DNA from: Escherichia coli
GTDB taxonomy: Bacteria > Pseudomonadota > Gammaproteobacteria > Enterobacterales > Enterobacteriaceae
Direction: 5' to 3' (one strand)
Length of the DNA: 64,000 nt
Assembly: GCF_003334355.1 (NCBI RefSeq)
Contig: NZ_QOWP01000015.1
The notes under the pieces: generated by a model
Told to the model about the DNA's origin: nothing
Databases searched by the model: none
Seen by the model: only the letters and a program-made list of their open reading frames with translations
Made by a program: the position numbers and the translations under genes
In this document: piece by piece, positions 49,270-62,201 of the stretch
Position numbering within the stretch: position 1 is the first letter of the stretch
Layout of the letters: each line of letters begins with the position of its first letter

Positions 49270-50503
49270 ACTTACTCACCACCAGCAAATGCGCATGCAT
49301 AATGTCACTGGCCGGGCGACCGTGCGCCAGCAAATCAGCCATTGCTTTAAGATATGGCGGTAGATGGCGGAAATAACGCTGATACCCGGCACACAAATAA
49401 TTCAGCCCCGGTTTGCCTCTGGCATCGAGCATGAAGCGGTGTTTCGGGCAGCCTCCCCAGCACGCTTTTAACACGTTACAACTGCGACACTGCGCCGGTA
49501 ATTGCTTAAATTTATCTTCACCAAACGCCTGCTGTTGCGGGGAATCGATCATTTCTGCAATTGTTTGCTGGTGCATATTCCCCAGCCGATATTGTGGATA
49601 AACATAGTGATCGCAGGCGTAAACGTCGCCGTTGTGCTCAACAATCACCGAGCGCCCACAGGTTGGCTGATGATGGCAAACCGCACCCGGCGCACCGACA
49701 AAATTGGCAAACGCCCATTCGATATTCATCACGAAAATCTTGCCGACGTCGCGTTTAATCCAGTGGTCGAATATCGCCACCAGAAATTCACCGAACTCCT
49801 CGGGGCGCACCGACCATTCCGTTAGCTCACCCTGAATATCACCAGGCGCATGCAATTTCAGTCCTTCGCGGGCAGCCATTTCATCAGCCAGGCGCTCGAC
49901 CACCGGAATAAACTGGATGAATTCCACTCCCGCATCGCACAAAAAATCATATACCTGCAACGGTTGCTGCGCGCTGGTGCGATTAACGCAGACCAGCACG
50001 TTATAGTCGACATGATGTTTTTGCAGCAGCGTCAGGGCACGCATCACCAGCTTATGCGTGGGTCTGCCACCTTTAGTCACGCGATATTGATTGTGGATCT
50101 CAGGCGGACCATCCAGCGATAAACCAACAAGAAAATGATGCTCCGCGAGAAACGCGCACCATTCGTCATCCAGCAGCACGCCGTTAGTCTGGAAGCTGTT
50201 ACTTATCTTCCTGCCAGCACCATATTTCGCCTGTAGCGCTACGGCACGGCGGTAAAACTCCAGCCCGAGTAGCGTTGGTTCGCCGCCCTGCCAGGTAAAA
50301 GCCACTTCGTTTTGCAGTTCGCTGGCGGCGATATAGTGACGGATATACGCTTCCAGCGTGTCATCGTCCATATGCGTGACTGGCTTTTCGCGGTAAAGGG
50401 ATTGTTTTTCGAGATAAAAACAGTAGTCACAGTTCAGATTACAATCGGAACCACTCGGTTTCGCCATCACATGAAAAGCACGCGTTGGAACCTGTTGCAG
50501 CAT
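49268..50503 (-). CDS. aslB: Anaerobic sulfatase-maturating enzyme homolog AslB (radical SAM/SPASM)
   Basis: Track ORF to 50533; recognised N-terminus MLQQVPTRAFHVMAKPSGSDCNLNCDYC at ATG 50503 (411 aa); CX3CX2C radical-SAM motif and C-terminal Cys clusters. Confidence 0.9.
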   Translation of the reverse strand: MLQQVPTRAFHVMAKPSGSDCNLNCDYCFYLEKQSLYREKPVTHMDDDTLEAYIRHYIAASELQNEVAFTWQGGEPTLLGLEFYRRAVALQAKYGAGRKISNSFQTNGVLLDDEWCAFLAEHHFLVGLSLDGPPEIHNQYRVTKGGRPTHKLVMRALTLLQKHHVDYNVLVCVNRTSAQQPLQVYDFLCDAGVEFIQFIPVVERLADEMAAREGLKLHAPGDIQGELTEWSVRPEEFGEFLVAIFDHWIKRDVGKIFVMNIEWAFANFVGAPGAVCHHQPTCGRSVIVEHNGDVYACDHYVYPQYRLGNMHQQTIAEMIDSPQQQAFGEDKFKQLPAQCRSCNVLKACWGGCPKHRFMLDARGKPGLNYLCAGYQRYFRHLPPYLKAMADLLAHGRPASDIMHAHLLVVSK

Positions 50504-50624
50504 GGTCACTCCTTGCCTGAAGTCATCCTTCAATACGTTAAGGGCGAAATCATACCGTGGGGCAATGAGTTATTACGGGCGTTTATTGCGAAGGGAGGGT
50601 GACGAAATGCACAGAAAACAAAAA

Positions 50625-50647
50625 ACCCCGCCGAAGCGGGGTTCAAA
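50625..50647 (-). terminator. Intrinsic terminator of the tRNA operon (after proM)
   Basis: Minus-strand hairpin ccccgc-ttcg-gcgggg followed by T5. Confidence 0.6.
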
Positions 50648-50649
50648 AT

Positions 50650-50726
50650 TGGTCGGCGAGAGAGGATTCGAACCTCCGACCCACTGGTCCCAAACCAGTT
50701 GCGCTACCAAGCTGCGCTACTCGCCG
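50650..50726 (-). tRNA. proM: tRNA-Pro (anticodon UGG)
   Basis: rc reads CGGCGAGTAGCGCAGCTTGGTAGCGCAACTGGTTTGGGACCAGTGGGTCGGAGGTTCGAATCCTCTCTCGCCGACCA; cloverleaf with TTTGGGA anticodon loop; encoded CCA; ends +/-1. Confidence 0.93.
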
Positions 50727-50768
50727 AAATACTGCTTTTTGAATTTTTAGTTCAATTCTTTAAAGTCG

Positions 50769-50855
50769 TGGTGCGAGGGGGGGGACTTGAACCCCCACGT
50801 CCGTAAGGACACTAACACCTGAAGCTAGCGCGTCTACCAATTCCGCCACCTTCGC
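50769..50855 (-). tRNA. leuT: tRNA-Leu (anticodon CAG)
   Basis: rc reads GCGAAGGTGGCGGAATTGGTAGACGCGCTAGCTTCAGGTG...CTCGCACCA; 87 nt with long variable arm; ends +/-1. Confidence 0.93.
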
Positions 50856-50875
50856 ATTGTCACAACTTCTAATAA

Positions 50876-50952
50876 TGGGGTGGCTAATGGGATTCGAACC
50901 CACGACAACTGGAATCACAATCCAGGGCTCTACCAACTGAGCTATAGCCACC
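50876..50952 (-). tRNA. hisR: tRNA-His (anticodon GUG)
   Basis: rc reads GGTGGCTATAGCTCAGTTGGTAGAGCCCTGGATTGTGATTCCAG...CCACCCCA with the His-specific extra 5' G; ends +/-1. Confidence 0.93.
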
Positions 50953-51009
50953 ACTACAAATCTTGTTACGCGGTATTACTACCACCGCAGCTCAAGCGCC
51001 GGGACTAAA

Positions 51010-51086
<77 letters not shown>

Positions 51087-51107
51087 TTAGCGCCGTTGCG
51101 GGGGTGG

Positions 51108-51136
51108 ATAATACGGACTTCCCACCCCTCTGTCTA
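51108..51136 (-). promoter_or_regulatory. Sigma70 promoter of the argX-hisR-leuT-proM tRNA operon
   Basis: Minus strand: -35 TAGACA, 17-bp spacer, -10 TATTAT, then GC-rich discriminator CCACCCCCGC about 20 bp upstream of argX. Confidence 0.5.
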
Positions 51137-51188
51137 GTCCCTTTTTAAATAAATTGCGCGTTTGGTTACGGTTTGTGCGTTTTGCTGC

Positions 51189-52574
51189 TTATTCCTCCAG
51201 TTTATGCGCTTTCCCGTGGCGATTAAGGCCAAAAACTTTATAAATCGCCGTCACCGCCAGCATAAAGATGATGCCAACAAACAGCGACATACGCGTATCT
51301 TCATTAAAGTACATGCCGATCAAAACGCAAATCAGGAATGCCATTGTTACGTAGTTGGCCCACGGGAACAGGATTGAGCGGAACGGATGGCTGGCAATCG
51401 CCGCTTTATGTGCACGCCGAAAACGCAGCTGGCTTATCAATATCACAAACCATGGCACCATCCCCGGAAGCACGCTGGCACTGTAGACGTAGACAAACAC
51501 ACGCTGCGGATTGGGAATGATGTAGTTCAGGCATGAGCCAATTAGCAGAATAGCAATAGATACTGCCACACCCGCAACCGGTACGCCGTGACGGGAAACT
51601 TTCGCCATCGCCGCCGGTAACTGACGGTTTTTCGCCAGTGCGTAGAGCATACGTCCGCAACTGTACATGCCGCTGTTACAGCCAGAGAGCGCAGCCGTCA
51701 GCACCACAAAGTTGATAATGCCCGCCGCTGCGGTAATACCGATTTTGGCAAAAGTCAGTACGAACGGGCTGCCGTTGCTGCCAATTTCATTCCACGGGAA
51801 GATGGTGACGATAACGAAAATCGCGCCTACGTAGAAAATCAGGATCCGCCACAGCACCTTGCCTACGGCACTGCGCAGTGTCACCTGCGGATTCTTCGCT
51901 TCACCGGCAGTAATGCCAATCAGCTCCACGCCCTGGTAGGACGCCACCACAATACACAGCGCGGTCAGGAACCCTTTCCAGCCACCCGCAAAGAAACCGC
52001 CATGCTCTGTGAGATTGCTAAAACCAATCGACTGCCCACCATTGCCAAAGCCAAAGAAAATCACGCCCAGGCCAATGACAATCATCACGATAATCGTGGT
52101 GACTTTGATCATCGCGAACCAGAACTCGATTTCGCCGTACAACCGCACCGCCGCCAGATTCGCCAACGCCACCAGCGCCACTGCGATCAATGCGGGTATC
52201 CACTGCGCCATCTCCGGGAACCAGAACTGGACATAAACGCCAATGGCGGTGATTTCTGAGATCCCCACGGCCATCCACATAAACCAGTAAGACCAGGCGG
52301 TGAGATAACCAAAAAACGGGCTCATATAACGATGCGCATAAACGGCGAACGAACCGGTAACCGGTTCGAGGAACAACATTTCGCCCATTGAACGCATGAT
52401 GAAAAAGACGAACAGCCCGGCGATGATATAGGCCAACAATACGGATGGCCCGGCCCATTTCAGGGTACTGGCGGCCCCCATAAACAGGCCGACGCCAATG
52501 GTGCCCCCCAGGGCGATGAGTTCGATATGTCGAGCTTCCAGCCCACGCTGTAGCTCTGGTTTGTTATCTGCCAT
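51189..52574 (-). CDS. yifK: APC-family amino acid permease YifK
   Basis: 461-aa 12-TM ORF recognised as YifK. Confidence 0.9.
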
Positions 52575-52699
52575 AAATCCTCGTGTTGTGTTTGCATGCT
52601 TTCCGGTGTTACCGGTTATCGTTATGGGTACATCGAGTGTTGCGAATGTTTTCGTAATTCAGGAGAAATGGCAAATAAAGCATTAAAAATTTGAATGCT

Positions 52700-52746
52700 T
52701 TGTGTAATAAAAAAGCAGACAGGCGACGAAGTGACCACTCCGTCGC
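52700..52746 (-). terminator. Candidate terminator downstream of wecG (end of ECA operon)
   Basis: Minus-strand hairpin gcgacggagtggtcacttcgtcgc followed a few nt later by a T-run; a second palindrome aaagcatt...aatgcttt lies just beyond. Confidence 0.4.
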
Positions 52747-52764
52747 TTTACAAAGAGAGGAAAA

Positions 52765-53505
52765 TCAGAGGTTGCCGGTGTAATGCCAGCGTAAATAACG
52801 CAGCAAACGAAGCTGACGCTTAATGCGGCTCGGCTGCGAAAGCAGGCGGTAGAGCCACTCCAGTCCCAGCGTTTGCCAGATTTTCGGTGCGCGTTTTACG
52901 TGACCGGTGAAAACATCGTAAGTCCCGCCAACGCCCATATACAGCGCATCTGGATGCACCAGACGGCAGTCGCGCATGAAGATCTCCTGCTTTGGCGATC
53001 CCATCGCAACGGTGACGATTTGCGCTCCGCTGGCATGAATGCGTTCAAACAGCGCCTGACGCTGCTCGGGTTTAAAATAACCATCCTGACTGCCAACGAT
53101 ATTCACATTCCATTGGTTGCGCAGTTTAGCTTCAGTTTGCGCCAGCACTTCAGGTTTACCGCCCACAAGAAATACCGGCGTCCCTTCTTTGCCTGCGCGC
53201 GCCATCAGCTCTTCCCAGAGATCGGCACCGGCAACGCGGGAAACCTGCGCCTGCGGGTACTTTTTACGTACTGAACGTACAACGCTGATGCCATCCGCAT
53301 ATTTAAATTCGGCAGCGTTAATTAACTCCCTGACCTCGGCGTTATCTTCAATGGTCAGCATTTTTTCGGCATTAATGGCAACCAGCGTTCCCTGCTTAAG
53401 CTGCCCGTCAGCAAACAGATAATCGAGGGCATGCTGCATATCACGCCAACCAAGCAACTGTAAGCCACGCAGCGTATAGGTCGGTGCCGTGGTGTTGTTA
53501 TTCAT
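52765..53505 (-). CDS. wecG: UDP-N-acetyl-D-mannosaminuronic acid transferase WecG (RffM)
   Basis: 246-aa ORF recognised as WecG. Confidence 0.93.
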   Translation of the reverse strand: MNNNTTAPTYTLRGLQLLGWRDMQHALDYLFADGQLKQGTLVAINAEKMLTIEDNAEVRELINAAEFKYADGISVVRSVRKKYPQAQVSRVAGADLWEELMARAGKEGTPVFLVGGKPEVLAQTEAKLRNQWNVNIVGSQDGYFKPEQRQALFERIHASGAQIVTVAMGSPKQEIFMRDCRLVHPDALYMGVGGTYDVFTGHVKRAPKIWQTLGLEWLYRLLSQPSRIKRQLRLLRYLRWHYTGNL

Positions 53506-53507
53506 TG

Positions 53508-54860
53508 TTATCCTTCAACCTGCGTCCGGAGCGATGATTTTGTACGTTTATGAATGAGTCCGGCGCTTTCAAAAAGCCAGTACAACAGTTTTGCGATCAT
53601 CAGACATGCGCCGAAGACCACGATAAAAAAGACTACGCGTGAGACAAACGAATCCAGCCCTTCACGTGCCAGCACGATCATATTGAAGATCGCCCCAAAG
53701 CAGAAACTGTGCAATATCGCAGCCTTATAGCGATTAGTCTCGCGGTTGCCCAGCTCATACAGCCAGTCGAACCATTTGATGATCAGTCCAACCACAATCG
53801 CCCCGAGTGGGATGAACAACGCGCCGCCCATCACCACCAGTGAGCCTATAAGCGTAGGCGAGATCGCCAGTCCGGAGTGGTTATTCAGCACTTCCCAGGT
53901 AAAGTAGTTGGCTGAGTTCAGCACCATACTCGGGCGCCCCGGCCACAGCCAGGAAGGGATAAAGACATAGAAATCGCGGACAATTGGAGCCAGGCCCTGG
54001 AAGTCGATGTTGTCGTAGTTCTGCAACAGCAACGCCAGATTCTCCCACGGCGAGAAGGTGTCGCGAGTGAGATAGAGAAACGTATAGAACGCTTCATCGC
54101 CGCTCACATTCATTCCATAGCGTTTTAACGCCAGCCAGAACATGCCAACAATCCCCAGCACGCCCGCCGCCGCCAGCATCCACAACGAAATCCAGCCGCG
54201 AATAATGCCAATAAACAGGAAGATAGCGAATGCAATGATGATATTGGCGCGAGTGCCGCCGACAATCATATAAGTCAGCAAGCCAAAAGCGACCGTGCTG
54301 ACGAGGAAAAACAGCCACGCTTTGCTGTCCTGGCGCAGAAAGTAGACCACCAGCATCGCCGGGATGAAAAAGTAAAAGAAGCGTTTTAACGCCACGCCGG
54401 AGACTTCACTGGAAAAGATCTGACTGTAGGAGTTAAGCCGGAACAGCAAAAAGCCGTTGTGCATGAAGAAGATGCCGACGCTTACCAGCGCGATGCCCAT
54501 CAGGATCACCCACGTAAGATTGGTCTCCACGCGGTTCATGGTAAACAGCGGACGGCGCGGTACATCAGCAACGCGTTTGCGTAGGCGGGTTTTGTAGGTG
54601 ACATAGTAAACCGCGTAGAAGCAGCCCGCAGAAAGCAACGCCTGCAACAAGATTTCTGGCGGCGCGACACCAACATCAAAGCGAAATACCAGCACGCTGG
54701 TCAGCGGGAAGCCGAAGAAAAAGGTGAGCAAAAACAGCAATGAAAAGAAGACATTGAAGTTAAAGCGCACACGGCGAAACTCAAACCAGGTCAGCGTGGC
54801 AATAAACAGCGTGCAGAGCAGCCAGACAACAAACAGGCCACTGAATTGCAGCAGACTCAT
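53508..54860 (-). CDS. wzyE: Enterobacterial common antigen polymerase WzyE
   Basis: 450-aa polytopic membrane ORF recognised as WzyE. Confidence 0.93.
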
Positions 54861-55936
54861 GCGACCTCCCCGGCGGCAATCGCCAACGCCCGCTGCCAGC
54901 CTTGTAGATAGTTAGGGCTAAAGAAGGCAATGGTGTTTTTATCCACCGACGCCAACTGGCGCTGCGCTTCACGCACAATATCCTCGTTGAGATCGTCGGT
55001 AGTAAACAGCACCGGCAAATGTTGTTCCGTCATATCCTGCCAGAACGGATTTTCCCGGTTAAGCACACAAGGAATGCCCGCCTGAATCAGTAAGCACAGC
55101 GTACCAATGCCCTGCTGGCGGGCAAAAATAAAGTAACCAAGATCGCACTGACGAAGTAGCGCCAGATAGGCGTCAAATTCCAGTTTTTCGCTCAGAATTT
55201 GTAGATTTTCTTCGCTGAATAACTCCAGCCCCGCCTGACGAACTTCCTCAATGTACGCTTCGTTATTAGGCGGATATCCCATCGGCACCACCACTTTTAC
55301 CGTATCGCCAAATTGCTGATGAACGGCGCGCAAGGCAGCAATATGCTCATTGCTGCGGTCGCCGGAGTTCCCCACCAGAATGGTCATTTTCCCTTCACGT
55401 TGCCGATCGTTCGCCATCGTATTGAGCGAAGGGTCCATCCGCGTCGGGAAGTACAGCAGTTCGCCCCGCACCTTTGGGTGCGTTTTGGCAAAAAAGCTCA
55501 AATCGCCGCGGGTGGCAAATACACAGCCGACTCGCTTTTGCGCCAGGCGACGTAGTGGGTAAAAAAGCTTATATCTCAAGCCACTGGAAAGCTCATACAG
55601 GTCTGCCCCCCAGATATGCCAGAAAAACTGGCTGGGCTTAATGCCACCACTCAGCAGAGCCAGCCACAGTGTGGGATTGAACTGACCGTGGAAGAAAAAA
55701 CGCTGCTGACGGTTAGCTTTTGCTTTCGCGATGACCGCTTCCGCCAGCGATTTTTTCCCAGGGAAAAATTGCACAGAAAGCGCCGGACAGCTATCACTTA
55801 AGCCGTCGTCCTTGCCAACAACCATAAACTCGCGCGCGTGCTCGCTCGTCGCGGCCAGCGCGTCATTGAAAAACCGCAAAACGGTTCGGTTATGGTGAGG
55901 GATATCCGATCCCAGTACGTGAATCAGTACAGTCAT
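54857..55936 (-). CDS. wecF: TDP-N-acetylfucosamine:lipid II N-acetylfucosaminyltransferase WecF
   Basis: 359-aa ORF recognised as WecF; 4-bp overlaps with flanking genes. Confidence 0.93.
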
Positions 55937-57183
55937 GCCCGCCTACGCCAGAGTAAAAACACGCCACAACAAAGAGAAAAATAGACGATATAAGTTGCCA
56001 TATATGCCTGCGCCGCGCCCAGTGCACCATGCGCAGGGATTAGCCAGTGGGCAAATACCATCAATAAAGTGAACTGGCTGACTTCCGCCAGAATATAAAA
56101 CCGCAGTGACGCTTTGGCGATCACCAGATAACCAAAGACATAAGCGCCCACTTTTAACACATCACCCACTAACTGCCAGGCAAAGAGATCGCGCATAGCG
56201 GTAAATTTATTCGACAACAGCAGCCAGATAGCAAAATCACGCAGCAGCCAGACGGTAAAACTCGCCGCCGCCACTGCCGGTAAGACGAATTTCAGCGATT
56301 TAACCACTTCCCGGGTGATATCGCGCTTTTCCGTTAGCCGCGACAACGTGGGCAGCAAATATACGCTGAACGATGCCGTAATAAATTGCAGGTAGGCATC
56401 GGAAATACTGCTCACCCCTTGCCAGATCCCCACCTCATCCCAGCTATACTGCGCCGCCAGCAGTTTACGCATCATGATGTAAGCAACAGGCAAGGTCACC
56501 GACGTAATCAACGCCATGAGCGTAAATTTGCTCAACTGCCCTGCCAGACCGTTATCCCAGCTGGGTTTCAGATAGCTTAACGGGATGACACCACGTTTGA
56601 TCAACATGATGGCGGCAGGAATTACCACCAGCGCGGGAATCAGCGCCAGACCCAGCAACGCCCCTTCATAACCGCCCAAACGGTAACTGACGTAGTACGC
56701 GAGAACGCCAATCAAGCTGCCGACAATCAGCGATAACGCATTACCTGCGGCATCGCGAAAGCCTTTCATCAGCGCCAGTAACAGGTTGCCCCAGGCGATC
56801 CCCATTTGCACCAGCGCCACTAAACGCACCAGCCCCTGATAGTCGGTATTACCAAACAATCCCTGGCTGATTGGCGCAGCTGCCAGCACAAAAACCAGCG
56901 CCATCAGCGTAGAGAAACCAAGTACCATCGCTGATGAAGTGCCGACCACGCGGCGCAGCTGTTGCGGATTATCATGGTACTGGGCAACGTATTTGGTTAC
57001 ACCGTTAAAGATGCCAGCCCCGGCAAGCACGCCGAGCACGGTAATCAACTGGCGGAAATTTGCCGCCAGCCCAAGCCCCGCCGGACCAAATGACACCGCC
57101 AGCAATTTACCGACCAGTAACCCGGCACCAATCTTGACCAGTGTACTGGCCGCCGTCCACAAGGACGCTTTTGCCAACGACAT
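55933..57183 (-). CDS. wzxE: Lipid III flippase WzxE
   Basis: 416-aa 12-TM ORF recognised as WzxE. Confidence 0.93.
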   Translation of the reverse strand: MSLAKASLWTAASTLVKIGAGLLVGKLLAVSFGPAGLGLAANFRQLITVLGVLAGAGIFNGVTKYVAQYHDNPQQLRRVVGTSSAMVLGFSTLMALVFVLAAAPISQGLFGNTDYQGLVRLVALVQMGIAWGNLLLALMKGFRDAAGNALSLIVGSLIGVLAYYVSYRLGGYEGALLGLALIPALVVIPAAIMLIKRGVIPLSYLKPSWDNGLAGQLSKFTLMALITSVTLPVAYIMMRKLLAAQYSWDEVGIWQGVSSISDAYLQFITASFSVYLLPTLSRLTEKRDITREVVKSLKFVLPAVAAASFTVWLLRDFAIWLLLSNKFTAMRDLFAWQLVGDVLKVGAYVFGYLVIAKASLRFYILAEVSQFTLLMVFAHWLIPAHGALGAAQAYMATYIVYFSLCCGVFLLWRRRA

Positions 57184-57184
57184 A

Positions 57185-58315
57185 TCAGGAAAAGTAGTTC
57201 AACAAAGTCGCAATTACCGTACGCTGATTGACGGGCGACAGGTTGTAGAACAGCGGCAGGCGCAGCAGGCGCTCGCTCTCTTTGGTGGTGTAGCGATCTT
57301 CACCGTGGAACTCACCAAAGTGTTCCCCCGCAGGGCAACCGTGCAGCGGAATGTAATGAAACACCGCCATGATTTCCGCTTCTTTCAGAAAGTTAATCAA
57401 CGCGCTCCGGTCATCAATATCCCGCAGTTTAATGTAGAACATATGCGCGTTCTGCACGCAGCCATCGGGAATCGACGGCAGCTCGATACGCCCGGCTTTC
57501 GCCAGAGGCGCTAACGCATCGTAGTAGTTTTGCCACAGCGCCAGACGTTGCTGGTTGATACGATCCGCTGCTTCCAGTTGCGCCCACAGGTATGCAGCTT
57601 GCAGATCGGACATCAAATAGCTGGAGCCAATATCGCGCCAGGTATATTTATCGACCTGACCACGGAAGAACTGGCTGCGGTTAGTGCCCTTTTCACGGAT
57701 GATCTCGGCTCGTTCGATTAACGCTTTATCGTTAATCAGCGTCGCGCCGCCTTCACCGCCCGCCGTGTAGTTTTTGGTTTCATGGAAGCTAAAGCAGCCA
57801 ATATGACCAATGGTTCCCAGTGCACGCCCTTTGTAAGTGGACATCACGCCCTGAGCGGCATCTTCTACCACAAACAAATTATGCTTTTTCGCCAACGCCA
57901 TAATGGTGTCCATTTCGCAGGCCACACCCGCGTAATGGACCGGCACGATAACGCGCGTTTTGTCGGTGATCGCCGCTTCAATCAGCGTTTCGTCGATGTT
58001 CATGGTGTCCGGGCGAACATCCACAAAAACGATTTTTGCGCCACGCAGCACAAAGGCATTGGCGGTGGAGACAAAGGTGTAGCTCGGCATGATCACTTCA
58101 TCGCCAGGCTGGATATCGAGCAGCAGCGCCGCCATCTCCAGCGAAGCGGTGCAGGACGGCGTCAGTAACACTTTGGCGCTGCCAAAACGTTGCTCCAGCC
58201 ACTGCTGGCAGCGACGGGTAAAACCGCCATCGCCACACAGTTTGCCGCTACCCATTGCCGACTGCATATAGTCGAGTTCGGTTCCCACCACCGGCGGTGC
58301 GTTAAATGGAATCAT
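57185..58315 (-). CDS. wecE: dTDP-4-amino-4,6-dideoxygalactose transaminase WecE (RffA)
   Basis: 376-aa DegT/PLP-aminotransferase ORF recognised as WecE. Confidence 0.95.
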   Translation of the reverse strand: MIPFNAPPVVGTELDYMQSAMGSGKLCGDGGFTRRCQQWLEQRFGSAKVLLTPSCTASLEMAALLLDIQPGDEVIMPSYTFVSTANAFVLRGAKIVFVDVRPDTMNIDETLIEAAITDKTRVIVPVHYAGVACEMDTIMALAKKHNLFVVEDAAQGVMSTYKGRALGTIGHIGCFSFHETKNYTAGGEGGATLINDKALIERAEIIREKGTNRSQFFRGQVDKYTWRDIGSSYLMSDLQAAYLWAQLEAADRINQQRLALWQNYYDALAPLAKAGRIELPSIPDGCVQNAHMFYIKLRDIDDRSALINFLKEAEIMAVFHYIPLHGCPAGEHFGEFHGEDRYTTKESERLLRLPLFYNLSPVNQRTVIATLLNYFS

Positions 58316-58319
58316 GTGA

Positions 58320-58994
58320 TCACCTGTATAACCAGTACGCGGTGCTTTCTACATTCGCACCACTTTGTATGTATCGTTTAAGCGCGGCGGTGTTGCCCAT
58401 TTGGGTCGCCACCCGCAAAGTTGTTTTACCGCGAGCATACGCCCAGTTTAGCGCCGTTTGCATCAGCTCAGCACCTGCACCGCGTCCAGCCAGCAGGCCA
58501 ATTCGCGCATCTGTCGCATTGAGTTCCCGTAAAGAGACATAGCCGCGAATATCGCCGGACGCCGCACGTAAAATCAGACATTGATGATCAAAGGTGCCGC
58601 GCACGGCATTTTCAATCCACTGTGCATAAAAGCGACTGCTGGCGTCAGGCGCATACCACGGCGCACGAAAACGGCTTTGCGCAAATGCGGCGCTGGCTAA
58701 CTGACGTAATGCGGGAATATCGGTCTCTTGTGCCACTACAGCACCGCTATCACTGGCATTGTTCACGGGTAGCGCCAAATCAACTTCACCTTCTACCAGG
58801 GAGAATCCCAGCTGTTGCAGGGCATCCAGTTCACCCGTATTTGATGCCGCAATTTTGGCCTGCACCCGTGACCACGGCGCTAACGCGTCTGGCGTCAGGA
58901 GCGGTGCTTCAGACGTAATGCGCACGATGGCGCTGTTAACACCAAAGAAGGCGTTTTCCCAGGTTAGTGGCTCAATACTGGCGCGGACGGGCAC
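58320..58994 (-). CDS. wecD: dTDP-fucosamine acetyltransferase WecD (RffC)
   Basis: 224-aa GNAT-like ORF; overlaps the rffH 3' end by 23 bp. Confidence 0.9.
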
Positions 58995-59853
58995 GAAGTA
59001 ACTCCAGCAGATATTGGCCGTAGCCAGTTTTCGCTAATGAACTGGCAGCACGCTTCACACCCTCGTCATCGAGCCAGCCGTTACGCCAGGCAATCTCTTC
59101 CAGGCAGGCAATCTTAAAGCCCTGGCGTTTTTCCACCGTCTGTACAAAGGTGCTGGCTTCAATCAGGCTGTCGTGAGTGCCGGTATCCAGCCAGGCAAAT
59201 CCGCGCCCGAGCAGTTCAACGGTCAGGTTGCCCGCCTCGAGGTACATCTGGTTGATGGAGGTAATCTCCAGTTCACCACGCTCCGACGGCTTCACCTGCT
59301 TTGCGTACTCCACGACTTTACTGTCGTAGAAATAAAGCCCGGTCACCGCCCAGTTTGACTTCGGCTGTTTTGGCTTTTCTTCCAGCGAGATAGCGCGGAA
59401 ATTGTCGTCAAACTCCACCACGCCAAAGCGTTCCGGGTCCATCACCTGATAGCCAAAAACCGTCGCCCCTTCGGTGCGCGCCGCAACATGACGCAGCTTC
59501 GGACTGAAGCCCTGACCGAAGAAGATGTTATCGCCCAGCACCAGACAAGAAGGTTCACCATTAAGGAAGGTTTCACCGATGATAAAGGCCTGCGCCAGAC
59601 CGTCCGGGCTGGGCTGTTCGGCATATTCCAGCTGGATACCGAACTCACTACCATCGCCCAGCAGGCGCTGGAAATAACCTTTATCTTCCGGCGTAGTGAT
59701 GATGAGAATTTCGCGGATACCGGCCAGCATCAGCACCGACAGCGGATAGTAAATCATTGGCTTATCGTAAATCGGCAACAGTTGCTTCGATACGCCGCGC
59801 GTAATCGGATGCAATCGGGTGCCGGAACCGCCCGCCAGGATAATACCTTTCAT
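58972..59853 (-). CDS. rffH: Glucose-1-phosphate thymidylyltransferase RffH (RmlA2)
   Basis: 293-aa [21 protein letters not shown] recognised as RmlA-type thymidylyltransferase. Confidence 0.95.
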
Positions 59854-59871
59854 GTTTGCCTCCGCTGAAAA

Positions 59872-60939
59872 TTAGCCTTTCAGACCTAAACGCTCGCCCT
59901 GATAGCTGCCGTCCTGCACCTGCTTCCACCAGCTTTCATTAGCCAGATACCACTGCACCGTTTTACGCATTCCACTTTCAAAGGTTTCCTGCGGCAGCCA
60001 GCCAAGTTCACGGGCAATTTTCGAAGCATCAATGGCATAACGCAGATCATGCCCCGGACGGTCAGCGACAAAGGTGATCAAGTCACTATAGTGCACCACG
60101 CCGTGCGGCTTGTTCGGAGCCAGTTCTTCCAGCAGCTCGCAAATGGTTTCCACAACATCGAGATTCTTACGCTCGTTGTGACCACCAATATTATAGGTTT
60201 CACCGACTTTCCCGGTGGTCGCCACGCAATACAGCGCGCGAGCGTGATCTTCCACATACAGCCAGTCACGGATTTGCTGCCCGTTGCCATATACCGGCAG
60301 CGATTTACCCGCCAGCGCGTTGAGGATCATCAGCGGGATCAGTTTTTCCGGAAAGTGGTAAGGACCGTAGTTATTCGAGCAGTTGGTGATAAGCGTCGGC
60401 AGACCGTAGGTCCGCAGCCAGGCGCGCACCAGATGGTCGCTGCTGGCTTTTGACGCGGAATAAGGGCTGCTCGGCGCATACGGCGTGGTTTCGGTGAAGA
60501 AATCATCCGTCGAGTGCAGGTCACCATATACTTCGTCGGTGGAGATATGATGAAAACGGAACGCTGATTTTTTATCTTCCGTCAGCGTATTCCAGTAAGC
60601 CCGCGCCGCTTCAAGCAATGTATAAGTCCCGACAATGTTGGTTTCAATAAACGCTGCCGGGCCGTCAATAGAACGGTCAACATGGCTTTCGGCTGCCAGA
60701 TGCATGACACAGTCTGGCTGATGCTCAGTGAATACGCGTGCCAGTTCTGCCCGATCGCAGATATCAACTTTCTCAAAGGCAAAGTGCTCGCTTTGCGCGA
60801 CCGGTGCCAGCGACATCAGGTTTCCGGCGTAGGTCAGCTTATCGACCACTACCACCGCATCGCTCGTTTCGTTGATGATATAACGCACCAGCGCCGAGCC
60901 AATAAACCCGGCACCACCTGTTATCAGAATTTTTCTCAT
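59872..60939 (-). CDS. rffG: dTDP-glucose 4,6-dehydratase RffG (RmlB2)
   Basis: 355-aa [25 protein letters not shown]. Confidence 0.95.
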   Translation of the reverse strand: MRKILITGGAGFIGSALVRYIINETSDAVVVVDKLTYAGNLMSLAPVAQSEHFAFEKVDICDRAELARVFTEHQPDCVMHLAAESHVDRSIDGPAAFIETNIVGTYTLLEAARAYWNTLTEDKKSAFRFHHISTDEVYGDLHSTDDFFTETTPYAPSSPYSASKASSDHLVRAWLRTYGLPTLITNCSNNYGPYHFPEKLIPLMILNALAGKSLPVYGNGQQIRDWLYVEDHARALYCVATTGKVGETYNIGGHNERKNLDVVETICELLEELAPNKPHGVVHYSDLITFVADRPGHDLRYAIDASKIARELGWLPQETFESGMRKTVQWYLANESWWKQVQDGSYQGERLGLKG

Positions 60940-62201
60940 CAGCGCCAGACTCCTTTGGCATCGACGACATACTGCTGATGGACATTGTCGCCATTGATAA
61001 CTTTGAACTGACTATGATCGACCAGCATCACCAGCACGTCTGCCGTTGCCAGCGCCTCGTCAAGCTGCGCCAGAGTACAAAGCCCGGTCAGTTTTTTCGG
61101 CAACTGGTGGATGTTAGGCTCAACAACCAGCGTTTCGCCGCTGTGCCACTGGGCGATCAGTTCAGCGATTTCCATCGCCGGGCTTTCGCGCAGGTCATCA
61201 ATATTCGGTTTAAACGCCAGACCAAAGCAGGCGATTTTCAGTTCACTGGCGCGTTTATCGGTAGCAGCAAGGCAGTCGGCAACCGCCGCTTTCACCTGAT
61301 CGATAACCCAGAACGGTTTGTGATCGTTAACTTCGCGCGCGGTACGGATAAGCCGCGCCTGCTGGGGGTTCTGTGCCACGATAAACCACGGATCAACAGC
61401 AATGCAGTGACCGCCCACGCCAGGGCCAGGCTGAAGAATATTAACGCGAGGGTGACGATTCGCCAGGCGAATCAGTTCCCAGACGTTAATCCCCTGATCG
61501 GCACAAATCAGCGACAATTCATTAGCAAAAGCGATATTCACATCGCGGAAGCTGTTTTCGGTGAGCTTACACATTTCCGCCGTCCGCGAGTTAGTGACGA
61601 CACACTCACCTTCGAGGAAAATTTTGTACAGTTCGCTGGCGCGGGCCGAACAAACCGGCGTCATACCACCAATCACGCGATCGTTTTTAATCAGCTCGAC
61701 CATTACCTGTCCTGGTAACACGCGTTCCGGGCAGTAAGCAATGTTGACGTCCGCCTGCTCGCCCACCTGCTGCGGGAAAGTGAGATCCGGACGCATCTCT
61801 GCTAACCATTCTGCCATCTTCTCGGTTGACCCCACCGGCGAGGTGGATTCAAGGATCACCAGCGCGCCTTTTTTCAGCACTGGCGCAATGGAGCGAGCAG
61901 CCGATTCAACGTAGGTCATATCTGGCTCATGATCGCCCTTAAACGGCGTGGGTACAGCAATCAGCCAGGCATCCGCTTCAACTGGCGTCGTGCTCGCTCG
62001 TAAAAAACCGCCTTCTACGGCAGTTTTTACTACACTCGCCAAATCAGGTTCGACGATATGGATTTCGCCACGATTGATGGTATCAACCGCATGTTGGTTG
62101 ATATCGACACCAATTACCTGTTTTTGCCGTGAGGCAAACGCTGCTGCCGTTGGCAGCCCGATATAACCCAGTCCGATAACAGAAATGGTCGCAAAACTCA
62201 T
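60939..62201 (-). CDS. wecC: UDP-N-acetyl-D-mannosamine dehydrogenase WecC (RffD)
   Basis: 420-aa UDP-sugar dehydrogenase ORF with GLGYIG Rossmann motif. Confidence 0.95.
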   Translation of the reverse strand: MSFATISVIGLGYIGLPTAAAFASRQKQVIGVDINQHAVDTINRGEIHIVEPDLASVVKTAVEGGFLRASTTPVEADAWLIAVPTPFKGDHEPDMTYVESAARSIAPVLKKGALVILESTSPVGSTEKMAEWLAEMRPDLTFPQQVGEQADVNIAYCPERVLPGQVMVELIKNDRVIGGMTPVCSARASELYKIFLEGECVVTNSRTAEMCKLTENSFRDVNIAFANELSLICADQGINVWELIRLANRHPRVNILQPGPGVGGHCIAVDPWFIVAQNPQQARLIRTAREVNDHKPFWVIDQVKAAVADCLAATDKRASELKIACFGLAFKPNIDDLRESPAMEIAELIAQWHSGETLVVEPNIHQLPKKLTGLCTLAQLDEALATADVLVMLVDHSQFKVINGDNVHQQYVVDAKGVWR